A stretch of 64,000 bases of DNA from a virus (Duplodnaviria > Caudoviricetes): IMG/VR virus record IMGVR_UViG_3300037461_001438, positions 1 to 64,000 of that record. One strand, given 5' to 3'. Under the pieces are notes generated by a model, which worked only from the letters and a program-made list of their open reading frames with translations, was not told the origin of the DNA and did no database searches. Both the position numbers and the translations under genes were made by a program. Shown here in pieces: positions 9,698 to 19,700 of the stretch; position 1 is the first letter of the stretch; the number at the start of each line of letters is the position of its first letter.

Positions 9698-10205
9698 CCT
9701 CGGCGCCACCTACAATCGGATCATGGCGAACCACGTAAGGGACTGGGTCTGCTTTCTTGACCATGACATCCTGAACGTAAACCCGGATTGGTACCGGCTT
9801 ATCTGCGGTGCGGCAAAACGCCTCGGGAAAAAAGCCGGTTGGATCACCGGGACAACCAACGCGATCGCCTGCACTAACCAGCTCCAGAAAGACGCCCCGA
9901 AAGGCCACGACATCATGGCCCATATGGCGTTCGGCAAAAAGGTCTACAAGGAACACGGCGACCGTCTTGTCCAGGTCGATCCGGACGACACTACCAAAGT
10001 CGGCTGTCTGCAGCTCTTCAGCGGCTTCATGATAGTCACTCATAAAGAAGCCTGGGAAAAGGTCGGCGGGTTCAGAAATGGGTTTCTCGGGGTGGACAAT
10101 TGGTACTGCCAGGCCCTCAAGCGAAACGGGTACGATCTTTACGTAATACCGGGCCTCTACATGTATCACATCTATAAGGACAAAGCCCTCTGGAAGAACA
10201 TGTGA
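9657..10205 (+). CDS. GT2-like glycosyltransferase
   Basis: LGATYN, WVCFLDHDIL, GGFRNGFLGVD, MYH. Confidence 0.7.
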   Translation: MEIQVIVPWGPDDNLGATYNRIMANHVRDWVCFLDHDILNVNPDWYRLICGAAKRLGKKAGWITGTTNAIACTNQLQKDAPKGHDIMAHMAFGKKVYKEHGDRLVQVDPDDTTKVGCLQLFSGFMIVTHKEAWEKVGGFRNGFLGVDNWYCQALKRNGYDLYVIPGLYMYHIYKDKALWKNM

Positions 10206-10206
10206 A

Positions 10207-10602
10207 ATGAACGTCATTAAACTAAGAAAAGACGCCGAAGTCCCGAAAGACGAGCTCGATCGCCAGGCGGTCGGAACCGCCATCGTGATCCTCCACGGCG
10301 AGGGTCGCTACTACGAGGCGCTCGACATCCTTTGCCGTGTGGTCGGCTGGCCGCCGCTTGTGCGCGGCTTCTCCACGCCGGAGGAGCGCGACAAGTGGCT
10401 TGCCGAACAGGCAGGGAAACTTCGAGGGACCTCGGCGCCAGCACCGAAAATCGTAACCGAAACACCTCCCGGCAAGCTGATTAAGTGCGAGACTTGCCGG
10501 CGCTTTTACGACCCGCACAAAGTCTTCAAACGGAAATCAATCAATGTCTGCGGCGAATGCGGCAGACGATTCAACCAAAACGGGAAAGGAAAAACACGAT
10601 GA
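10207..10602 (+). CDS. Hypothetical protein with C-terminal zinc ribbon
   Basis: CETC...CGEC. Confidence 0.55.
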   Translation: MNVIKLRKDAEVPKDELDRQAVGTAIVILHGEGRYYEALDILCRVVGWPPLVRGFSTPEERDKWLAEQAGKLRGTSAPAPKIVTETPPGKLIKCETCRRFYDPHKVFKRKSINVCGECGRRFNQNGKGKTR

Positions 10603-10958
10603 AAAAGTTTCTCATGATCATGATTGTCCTTCTTTTTGCAGCAGCCCCCGCCTTCGCCGATTTCAACTTCAACGCCGGCTGGAACGATGACTCCCCTGGG
10701 AACGTAAAGGCCGAATTTGTCACCGACCTGAACGGCAATGGCGCAATCGACGCAGGCGAAGTTAAATGCGCTGTCGACCAGGGCCAGCCCTCCGTCTGCG
10801 CCGGCACAGTGCCCGATTCGTTCGTCGGAAAGCAGTTCTGGGTGCGGACCTACAACAGCGTCGGGCAGTTCGTCGACACTGAGAAAGTGACCTTCTCGGT
10901 CATTCCGCCAAGCCCGGCGACTGGCGTTTTCTTTAACGCGACCTGGTTCCAACCGTAA
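10599..10958 (+). CDS. Protein with Sec-type signal peptide
   Basis: MKKFLMIMIVLLFAAAPAFA-D; beta-rich mature part. Confidence 0.65.
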   Translation: MKKFLMIMIVLLFAAAPAFADFNFNAGWNDDSPGNVKAEFVTDLNGNGAIDAGEVKCAVDQGQPSVCAGTVPDSFVGKQFWVRTYNSVGQFVDTEKVTFSVIPPSPATGVFFNATWFQP

Positions 10959-11410
10959 TGAAGACGATACTCGCCAGCCTGGTTTTGTGGGCGGCTTTAT
11001 GCGCCTCCGCTCTTGGGGCCTCCCTTGCGTGGGACCCCAATTCGGAGGCGCATCTGGCCGGGTACAAGATCTACTATGGCCTCTCGCCGCGGCAGTACAC
11101 GCAGTCGGTTGATGTCGGGAATGTCACGACCTGGCAGATACCGAATTCATGGCCGGGTGGGCAAACCTACTTTTTCGCAGCAACCGCCTACGGCAACTGC
11201 ACCAAATGCCCCGACACAAAGCCAAACTGCCTGCCATCCGAACGTATAGCCTTTGTGTGCGAGAGCGGCTATTCGAACGAGGTCTTCTGGGCGAAACCGG
11301 CCGAACTTTTGCCGGAGCCGGCGAAAGACCTGATCGTCACATGGGCGGTCAAGCCGGTCAAAAAAGTCTATTTCATCGAATCGGTAACGATGGATTTAAA
11401 AGGGCCGTAA
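10958..11410 (+). CDS. Fibronectin type III domain protein with signal peptide
   Basis: ASLAWDPNSE..LAGYKIYYG, YFFAATAY, ESGYSNEV; hydrophobic N-terminus ending ALGA. Confidence 0.8.
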   Translation: MKTILASLVLWAALCASALGASLAWDPNSEAHLAGYKIYYGLSPRQYTQSVDVGNVTTWQIPNSWPGGQTYFFAATAYGNCTKCPDTKPNCLPSERIAFVCESGYSNEVFWAKPAELLPEPAKDLIVTWAVKPVKKVYFIESVTMDLKGP

Positions 11411-11411
11411 A

Positions 11412-13382
11412 ATGCCAATAACCTTTGTCAACTATTCGATGCAGCAATATGATATCCAGACTGGCGGCAACACTCCCCTTGCGCCTCCTACCGGCATTCA
11501 GGAAAACGACATCCTGATCGCATCGTTTGTTTTTTGGGCGACAGCCGATCTCACGCCGCCGACAGGCTGGGAGTTGCACACATCGCAGACGACCAGCGGA
11601 AACTTGATTCAATACGTCTACTGGAAGCGGGCGACGGCATCCGAGCCATCGACATACCAATGGACTTGGACAGGCTCAAAAGATTATGATCTTTGCATCC
11701 TGGCCTACCGTGGCGCCATCCAGAGCGGCAGCCCATTCGACTGTACCCCAAGCAGCTCTTATGACAATTCGGCATCGAGTCTCCAAATTCCGCAAATAAC
11801 GATTGCGACATCCGGGGCGATGGCCGTTGGTCTTATCCACCATAATACGAGTGCAACTCGCGGCAGTACATCAGATTTCGACAACGAGCGATACGACATC
11901 TCAGACAATATCGCTTATGACAAAATTTTCTCTACAACCGGGGCGACCGGAGCATTCACGATAACCGGGAGCCAATCTGACTCTTGGACTGGCATCGTTT
12001 TGGCGCTGAAGCCAATGACGCCCGTTGAAATAACCGGAACGCCGGTAGTCTGGAAATCTTCAGACAGATCTGCAAGCCAGGCATTTACGATCCCCGCAGA
12101 CGCCCAGGCTGTCATTGTCATCGCAGAAGGGGAATTGGACAACGAAATTGTGCGCCTCACCTGGGATAACAGCGCAAATCTTCACTTCACGCAAATCGCA
12201 ATTTCAAATCCTCATGAATGGTGCCGCGCCTTTATCATGACATCTGCCGATGCGAATTGGCCCGGCGCGGGGGCGAAAACTCTTTATCGATATTTAGATA
12301 CCGGCGGCGCGGCAATCGCAGGCCAAGTCTGGTTGATCTTTGCCGTCAAAAACATCAACGTAGCCTCACCCATCGGGGATACGGAAACATACGATAGCGC
12401 GGCTCAACCGGCCACATTCGACATGGCCTTAACGAACGTCGGCGGTGCCGACATGTCGGTGGTCGCATCCTATTCATGGATGTACGAATCAAGCGATGCA
12501 GACCCCGCCGGATACGGACAAACCGCCCTGCTCGAAGGCGTAAACGCCGCCTACAACAACAATGCGCTTACGGTTGGGTATGAGATAGGCGAAGACAGCC
12601 TGCGGATTACCGCTTCTTATCCAAGGGCTATTGCCTTTGTCATAAAGGCGACACAAGCAGTCCATACTGTTGAAAAGACAGGATTGGTCTACACCAGGCA
12701 AAGTACCGACAGCGGATCGATAGGATCAATCACAATACCAGAAGATGCAGAAGCAGCGATTTTTATAGTTGAAGGGGCAAATACCAATAGTGTTGCAGCT
12801 CTTGCCCAAGAATTAAATTGGGACGATGGGGACGATAACGATTTCACATTGATAGAATATACCGACTACGATGAAACCGGATACAGGCAAGTAGAAGCAT
12901 GGATAATGCTTTCTTCAAATCCAAACTGGCCTGGAGCTGGTCAAAACAAAACACTATATTTTACTAAATACGGCTACAATCAATGGGATGGGTATTCAAT
13001 GGCCGTATTTTTTGTCAAGGGAATTAATAAATCAGAACCGATAGGCGACACGGACAAACGACTTGTCGGAGGGAATTGGGTTTCATCACTAACAGGCGTT
13101 GGTGGTGGTGATATGTGCGTAATTGCGGCTTATCGATGGGCAGGCACAATAGATATAGATCCAGCAGGATCGGGATAATCGGTAATATGGGAATCGAGTG
13201 TTTTCAACGTCTCATCGCTGGCTATCGGATATAAAATAAATGATGGGTCTTTAGAGGCAAACGCAGCAAATGAACTATGCCCTATTGCCTTTGTCATAAA
13301 GGCGACACAAGCAGCAAAAGCCATTTCACCCTTGGTTCTTTCGCGTCAACGCGATGCTTTCAAACACATGCTAATCAGATAG
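11412..13382 (+). CDS. Beta-rich putative virion surface protein; in-frame TAA at 13176-13178
   Basis: 588-aa ORF with two internal repeats; the same frame continues 67 codons past the TAA to TAG 13380-82, still homologous to repeat 1. Confidence 0.65.
12628..13314 (+). repeat. 33-bp exact direct repeat pair (12628-12660 and 13282-13314)
   Basis: CTATTGCCTTTGTCATAAAGGCGACACAAGCAG occurs twice, 654 nt apart, in frame. Confidence 0.95.
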
Positions 13383-13392
13383 GAGACTTAAA

Positions 13393-13869
13393 ATGGGCAG
13401 AATCTACACGGCAACTTTCGGCGGGGTCGCTGTCGCGGCCACAAACGCACAGGACATCTTCGAGCTGGTCGCGCCGTCAGACGCGATCGTCAAGATCCAC
13501 CGGATAACACTCGGCCAGACCTCCGACGTGGGCGACGCGGCGGAAGAAATCCTACGTTTGCAGCTCACCTCCGGCCACACGACATCCGGCTCAGGCGGGG
13601 CGAGCGTCACTCCGGTTCCCAAAGAGCCAGGTGATGCGGCCTTCGGCGGAACCGTCGAGCGCAACAACACGACCCAGGCTGCCGACGGCACCATCGTTGA
13701 GCACTACAACTGGGTGTGGAATGTTCGCGGGCCATTCGATCATGTCTTCACGCCGGAGGAAGCGCCTATTTTGAGTCCGTCGCGGCGCATGTGCCTGGAG
13801 CTTCCGGCTGGCCCTGCGGATGAGATCACGATGAGCGGGACGATTGTTTTTGAAGAAATAGGCGGATAA
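13393..13869 (+). CDS. Putative virion structural protein
   Basis: AGGAGA RBS; beta-strand pattern; late operon context. Confidence 0.6.
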   Translation: MGRIYTATFGGVAVAATNAQDIFELVAPSDAIVKIHRITLGQTSDVGDAAEEILRLQLTSGHTTSGSGGASVTPVPKEPGDAAFGGTVERNNTTQAADGTIVEHYNWVWNVRGPFDHVFTPEEAPILSPSRRMCLELPAGPADEITMSGTIVFEEIGG

Positions 13870-13872
13870 AAA

Positions 13873-14154
13873 ATGTCCGGCGTATTCAGACGGCGGTTCG
13901 ACTATGCAATTCGCAAGCCCTCATTGTTTTTACCGAAGGGCATTTACATCACCATTGGCCCAACCTGCTGGGGCCATCAAACCGGTGTCACGCAGACCAA
14001 CATCCGAGCCTTCCAAGGCAACTGGACCGGCACCGGCAGCATTGAGAATACGGGCGATAGCGAGCGCATCAAGCTTGAGCCGGGCCAGTACATGATTTCT
14101 GAAGTGGTCGAAACCGGGGCCGTCACGGTCACGCTGGGGAAAGATGTTTATTAG
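13873..14154 (+). CDS. Hypothetical protein (possibly the N-terminal half of a split gene)
   Basis: 93-aa ORF packed in the operon. Confidence 0.55.
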   Translation: MSGVFRRRFDYAIRKPSLFLPKGIYITIGPTCWGHQTGVTQTNIRAFQGNWTGTGSIENTGDSERIKLEPGQYMISEVVETGAVTVTLGKDVY

Positions 14155-14165
14155 GAGAACTGACG

Positions 14166-14855
14166 ATGGGCCAATTTTCATCTGACTTTAGCTCTTCGGC
14201 GGGATGGACTTTAACCGGGTGCGAATTTACAGGTGGGGTATTTGTTTCCACCTCAAACTATTGTAGGGCCAGATACGACACCCCCTGCAACGGTTTAACT
14301 CAATATAGCAAAGCCAAATTTCCTTATACTGGAGGCAATGGCTCCGGGCCAGCCGTTAGGCTATCAAATGATGATCCACGCTATTATGCGCTCGAATCAG
14401 GGTGGGGTGGAATTTGGCTAACGCTTAACAGCGCCGTCGACGGATGGATAGCTGATATTGGGTTTGTAGATATAGACCTTACAAATGGCGATTCCGTTGC
14501 CATTACAATCGATGGAACCGGACAAAATTGCACCGTCAGAGTTTGGCATAATCCGACAAATGCTGTGCCACATGATGTTGCTAATTGGGATAGCGCGAAC
14601 GATCCTCCAGACGGAACGATAACCAATGTCGGCGCAACATGGGATTTGCAGGGTTATTACGTCGGCGTTGGAAGCCAACTATCCCAATCTAACACTTTGG
14701 ATGATTGGTCAGGCGGAGATGTTCCGACTGGTATCATCATGTCCTACCGCACCGGCGCCACGAAAGCCGCCTGCGAAGCGGCAAACTGGATCGAATACAC
14801 GGCGCCGTTTGAATCGTCAGGATTTGCCCAGGTGAAAGTGGAGGCACCCGAATAA
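14166..14855 (+). CDS. Beta-sandwich (lectin-like) putative virion protein
   Basis: AGGAGA RBS; G/S/T/N/W-rich; A+T-richer than the flanks except the last ~130 nt. Confidence 0.55.
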   Translation: MGQFSSDFSSSAGWTLTGCEFTGGVFVSTSNYCRARYDTPCNGLTQYSKAKFPYTGGNGSGPAVRLSNDDPRYYALESGWGGIWLTLNSAVDGWIADIGFVDIDLTNGDSVAITIDGTGQNCTVRVWHNPTNAVPHDVANWDSANDPPDGTITNVGATWDLQGYYVGVGSQLSQSNTLDDWSGGDVPTGIIMSYRTGATKAACEAANWIEYTAPFESSGFAQVKVEAPE

Positions 14856-15703
14856 TGCTGCACGTTCCAATTGGATCAAACACCTTCTGCCTGAACACGG
14901 CAAGCTGGGGGACGACCCGCCCCGCCGCAGCCTTCGGAACGGCCGTCACCCCTGCGGCGGGAAGCTACGGCTCCTGGGCGAACCTCATCAGCGCCATATC
15001 GGCCGATGCGTTCGGCATCCTGATAAACATCAACAGCAACTACACCTCTGGCGCAGGCCGCAACACGGTTGTCAACATCGGGATCGACTATGCGGGCGGC
15101 ACCAGCTACTCGGTTTTTATCCCAGACCTGATCTGCGGTTCCGCTGACAGCTACGTTGCAGGCGGCCGGTCGGGCAACGGTGTCTGGTATTTCTTTCCGA
15201 TCTTCATCCCGGCAGGGGCCTCAATCGGCGTCCAGTCGAACAGCACGGTTGCAACCGCCCACCGTGTCGCGGCGATGCTCTATCAGAACCCGGCGAACCC
15301 TTCATGCATCAGGAAGGGCAGCTTCGTTGAGGCCATCGGGATAAGCGGCAACCAGGGTACGGCGATCACCCCCGGCAGCACATCGGAGGGCTCCTGGACC
15401 TCCATCGGCACCACATCGAAACGGCTTTGGTGGTGGCAGATCGGCGTCCAGGTGCCGTCAACCGACACCTCCCACAACGCGGGAGCGCTGCATTATGACC
15501 TGGCGGTTGGCGATGCCACGAACAAGGCGATTATCATCTTGGACTTGTGCGTCCAGGTGTCTGCCAGCGAATGCATATCGAACCGGCCGCTGACAGCCGG
15601 GGTCGAGTGGGAGGTTGAGGCCGGTTCGTCAATTTATGTGCGGGCGCAGACATCAGGCACGGCGGAAACGCATCAGGTCGGCGTTTACGGCCTTGGAGGG
15701 TAA
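14855..15703 (+). CDS. Putative virion structural protein
   Basis: 282 aa, G/A/S/T-rich, two internal repeats (GTAVTP..GSYGSW and GTAITP..SEGSW). Confidence 0.6.
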   Translation: MLHVPIGSNTFCLNTASWGTTRPAAAFGTAVTPAAGSYGSWANLISAISADAFGILININSNYTSGAGRNTVVNIGIDYAGGTSYSVFIPDLICGSADSYVAGGRSGNGVWYFFPIFIPAGASIGVQSNSTVATAHRVAAMLYQNPANPSCIRKGSFVEAIGISGNQGTAITPGSTSEGSWTSIGTTSKRLWWWQIGVQVPSTDTSHNAGALHYDLAVGDATNKAIIILDLCVQVSASECISNRPLTAGVEWEVEAGSSIYVRAQTSGTAETHQVGVYGLGG

Positions 15704-16357
15704 ATGAAGAAATTCCGGCTCACGATTCCGACGATGGGGGCAGTAGCCCTTGACACGATGCGGGCTGCGGAACGCATTTGCGCTGCGGCTGGCGCACGGC
15801 CGCCTGAGTACATGGTGGCAACCAATTCGGCCGGGGAGACAAAATGCAGGATCGTGCGGTGGTTCATGTGGGACACCGACGATGAATACCTGATCATACT
15901 GGACGACGATGTGGTGCCGCCCAAGAACTTCCTGTCGCTGCTCGATCGTGAGCTGCCGATAGTAGGCGGCGTCTATCCCTTGATGAACCCGCGCCTGTGC
16001 ATGATGCCCTTCGACGGCGCCTATGTCAGGCAGCAAAAGGGCGGCTATCTGCCGATTGAGGACGACGGCACCCGGCATGGCCTGGTCGAGTGCGATGCCA
16101 TTTGCAGCGGTGCCATCTGCATCCACCGATCGGTCTTCGAGAAAATACGCCCGGCCTTCTGCGAGCAGTATGACGATTGGGGCATCGTCACGAAATCAGA
16201 CGACATCTACTTTTGCGAGCGGGCAAAGGAGCAGGGCTTTAAAATCTACGCCGATCTGGATGTCAAATGCGAGCACCTGAAGCGTGTGGGCCTGCGCGAC
16301 ATGACAAACCGGATCGCAACGAGCATCCAGATGTGGAACGCCATGCAGGAGGTCTAA
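15704..16357 (+). CDS. GT-A glycosyltransferase
   Basis: YLIILDDDV (DxD), IVGGVY, GAICIHRSVFEKI, SDDIYFCERA..GFKIYAD..VKCEH. Confidence 0.8.
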   Translation: MKKFRLTIPTMGAVALDTMRAAERICAAAGARPPEYMVATNSAGETKCRIVRWFMWDTDDEYLIILDDDVVPPKNFLSLLDRELPIVGGVYPLMNPRLCMMPFDGAYVRQQKGGYLPIEDDGTRHGLVECDAICSGAICIHRSVFEKIRPAFCEQYDDWGIVTKSDDIYFCERAKEQGFKIYADLDVKCEHLKRVGLRDMTNRIATSIQMWNAMQEV

Positions 16358-16358
16358 G

Positions 16359-16703
16359 ATGGCCATCACAGAAGCCTACACCGAAAACGCATTGATCGGC
16401 AGCACCGAGTATTCGCTGACCAATGACAGCACGACCATCGCGGCACAAACCGCCGATGGCGTCTATCAAGTCTTCATTGACACCGGCAACATGGCAGCGG
16501 GCGATCAGTTCAGGATCAAAATCAAAGAGAAGGTCTATTCAGGCGGCACACAGCGGGACATCTACGCTGCGGTCTTGACCGGAGCGATGACCGACAATTG
16601 GGTATCACCCAGTCTTATTTTGATGCACGGCTGGGATGTCACAATTCAAAAACTTGCCGGCACCGACAGAACATTTTATTGGTCGATCAGAAAAGTCGCC
16701 TAA
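16359..16703 (+). CDS. Putative virion protein
   Basis: 114 aa, beta-strand pattern, tightly packed. Confidence 0.55.
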   Translation: MAITEAYTENALIGSTEYSLTNDSTTIAAQTADGVYQVFIDTGNMAAGDQFRIKIKEKVYSGGTQRDIYAAVLTGAMTDNWVSPSLILMHGWDVTIQKLAGTDRTFYWSIRKVA

Positions 16704-19700
16704 ATGTCCTGGACCTATCAGCCACTGCTTCCGGCTGCAGCGGACCTACAAGCCGGCGGCGCACAAGAAAACACGATAGCAACCGGCGCCGACGGCTATC
16801 TCCAAAAAGCCGACGCGAAGACGACCGGCGCTGACGGCTACCTCCAAAAAGCCGACTCGAAGACGACCGGCGCTGACGGCTACCTCCAAAAAGCCGACTC
16901 GAAGACGACCGGCGCTGACGGCTACCTCCAAAAAGCCGACTCGAAGACGACCGGCGCTGACGGCATTCTCCAGGCATTTGCTCTCAAGACGTTCGGAATC
17001 GATGCTTACACGCTTGCGCCGTACACCAAAACGATCAGCATCGATGCGGTTCTCTACGAACAGATTATTCATTATGTAAACGATGTCGTTCTCGATTATC
17101 AGACGTCGACGACCGGGGAAAAAACAATCAGTCTTGACGCCCTCGTTCAGGCGGCCCTGACGAAAAGCTTTGGCTACGACGCCTATATCCAAAAGACAAT
17201 CTCGGCATCACTTTCACTCGACGGTTTTCTTAGAATCTCAAAAGAGCTTGGGATCCCGGTTGACGCACTCCTCATGCGGCTTGGGATGTCATCTTCGGTT
17301 TCAATCGATTCGCTTGTTTCACAGCTAAATCTTTACCGAAACGCATCGATCGACGTTCTGGCGAACAAAGCCGGGCTCATCGCAGCGGCCGACCTCGACG
17401 CCATGGCCACAAAGGCGACTGAAATTCAGGCCGCAATGGACGTACTCGCAAACAAAACAGGCATCTTCGCAGGCACATCGATCGATGCGATGACGCTTCT
17501 TCAGGCGATAAAGCAGGTTCAGGCCGATGCACTGCTTCTAAAAGAAGGCGCACAAAAACAGGCCGACCTCGACGCTGTCATATCCCAAACGAAGGCGCTC
17601 GAGGCCTCGATCGGGGCGCTTATCAAAAAGACGATCGCGGCAAACATCGGTCTTGACGCGATTGCGGCATTTTCTGAACTTTACGAAACAGCCCAAATCG
17701 ACGCCTTTATCAAAGAAATAAAGATACTCCAAGGGGAGCTCGATGCGCTTGTCTCGAAACAAGGGCTTTCGTCATCTTCAACCATCGACGCCCAAGTTTA
17801 TCTCCAGGTCTTAAAAGAGATTCAGGCCGATGCAGTGCTGCTTAAGCTTGGCCAGGAAAAGCCAACCGAGGTCGATGCGATCATCTGGCAGGCAAAGTCA
17901 CTTCAGGCATCAATCGAGGCGCTTCTTCAAAAGGCGACCGTTTCATCCGTAGGGCTTGACGCCCTTACTGGAGCAGATGGCGCCTATGAATCGGCTGAAA
18001 TTGACGCCTTCATCCAACAGGCGAAAGTTCTTCAAGGCCAATTCGACGCGCTTCTTTCAAGTGAAGGGCTTTCTTCTGAAACCGCAATCGATGCACAGCT
18101 CTACATCCAGGCTCTGCGCCAGATTCAAACCGATGCGCTTCTTGCCAAATCGGACCAGACGAAATCAGCCGAAGCCGATGCGATCCTTCAGAAGGCGACG
18201 GCGCTTGAGACTTCAATCGACGCTTCGCTTCAGAAGGCCTTCTTCGACGCGGTCGGGATCGACGCACTGATCGAATCAAACGCGCTCTACGTTGAAAATA
18301 TCGTTCTTGACTTTGCCGCTGCCGGCACAAAAACGGCAAGCCTCAATGCGCTTCTCCAGAAGGCGCTGTTGAAATCGACACAACTTGATGCCATCATCGT
18401 ATCGATGATCGCAAAGACGATCGGTGCCGACGCCATCTTGAGCAAAATCGGGCTGTCGTTGACGGTGGCGGTTGACTCTCTTATTTCAGGCCTTAGGCTT
18501 TCGGCTTCCACGGATGTCGATTCACTCCTTCAGGCGACGGGGCTTTCTGTGGCCTCACCGGTCGATGCGCTTATCTCGAAGGCCGGAACCGAAATCGGTG
18601 CCGCCATTGAGGCGTTTATTGCCAACGCCGGCATCGAAAAAACAGCATCGATCGACTCGGTTCTTTCAATGGCTGGTGTTGAAAAAACCGCCCTGGTCGA
18701 TGCCCTTCTCCATAAAATAGGCCTTTCATGCGAAACAAGCCTTGATGCCTACACGCAAAAACTCAATTCGATCCAGACCGCACTCGATGCGGTGCTTGAA
18801 GTGCTCGAATTTCCAACGGCCAACTTCGATGCGCTTCTCATAAAAAACCTTTTCACGGCAACTGGACTTGATTCGACTCTTTTGAAAACCGGCGTTCTGT
18901 CGCAGGCCGAAGTCGACGCCCTTATTCAGGAGCTCGAAAAAACACTTTCGGTTGGGCTTGACGCCTTCGCAACACACGCATTTGCAAAGACGCCGCAGAT
19001 CGACGCCCTCATCTCCGCTGTCGCCCGTGTGACCAATCTGTCGGTTGATGCCGTCCTTTCGATGATTGGACAATCGACGACTGCAATCGATGCCATAATC
19101 GAGCGCATCACAGGCCTTTACACATCGCTTGACGCAATGCTGCGCAAAACAAAGGGCACATCCGCCCAGGTAGACGCCCTGGTCCGAAAACTTTTTTCAA
19201 AATCGGTTTCGATTGGGGCTGTCCTTTCGAAAATGTTCTCATGTGCGGCGGCAATCGACGCATTCCTTGTAATCACAAGGGCAAAGACGCTATCGGTCGA
19301 TGCCGTCCTGCTAAAGACGGTAACCCGCAATTTTTTAGTTGACAGCTATCTCACTAAAAGTGATATAATGGTATCGCCATTGATCGATGCCCACCTCTAC
19401 AACTTGGGGCGGATCGATCAGCAGCTCGACGCATTGCTATCCAAGCGATTTGTTTCGTGGGTTGCGCTGGATGCCTACCTGACGAGATTGGACCAAAAAC
19501 TCGTTGGCTTCGATGCGTGGCTGTATACCGGGACGATCTTTGAAACGACACTTGATGGAATCCTGTCGCTTGCGATCCCAAGGCCTGTCCAGACCGATGC
19601 ACTTCTGAACAAGGCGGGCCTTGAGAAGACGACGATGATGGACGTGATCATCTACAGCACCCTGATCACAACCCACGCAAAATACAAATTCGTCGTCACA

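Noticed and set aside
16782-16964. CRISPR array
   Set aside because: The 42-bp units are contiguous, with no spacers, and are in-frame coding repeats.
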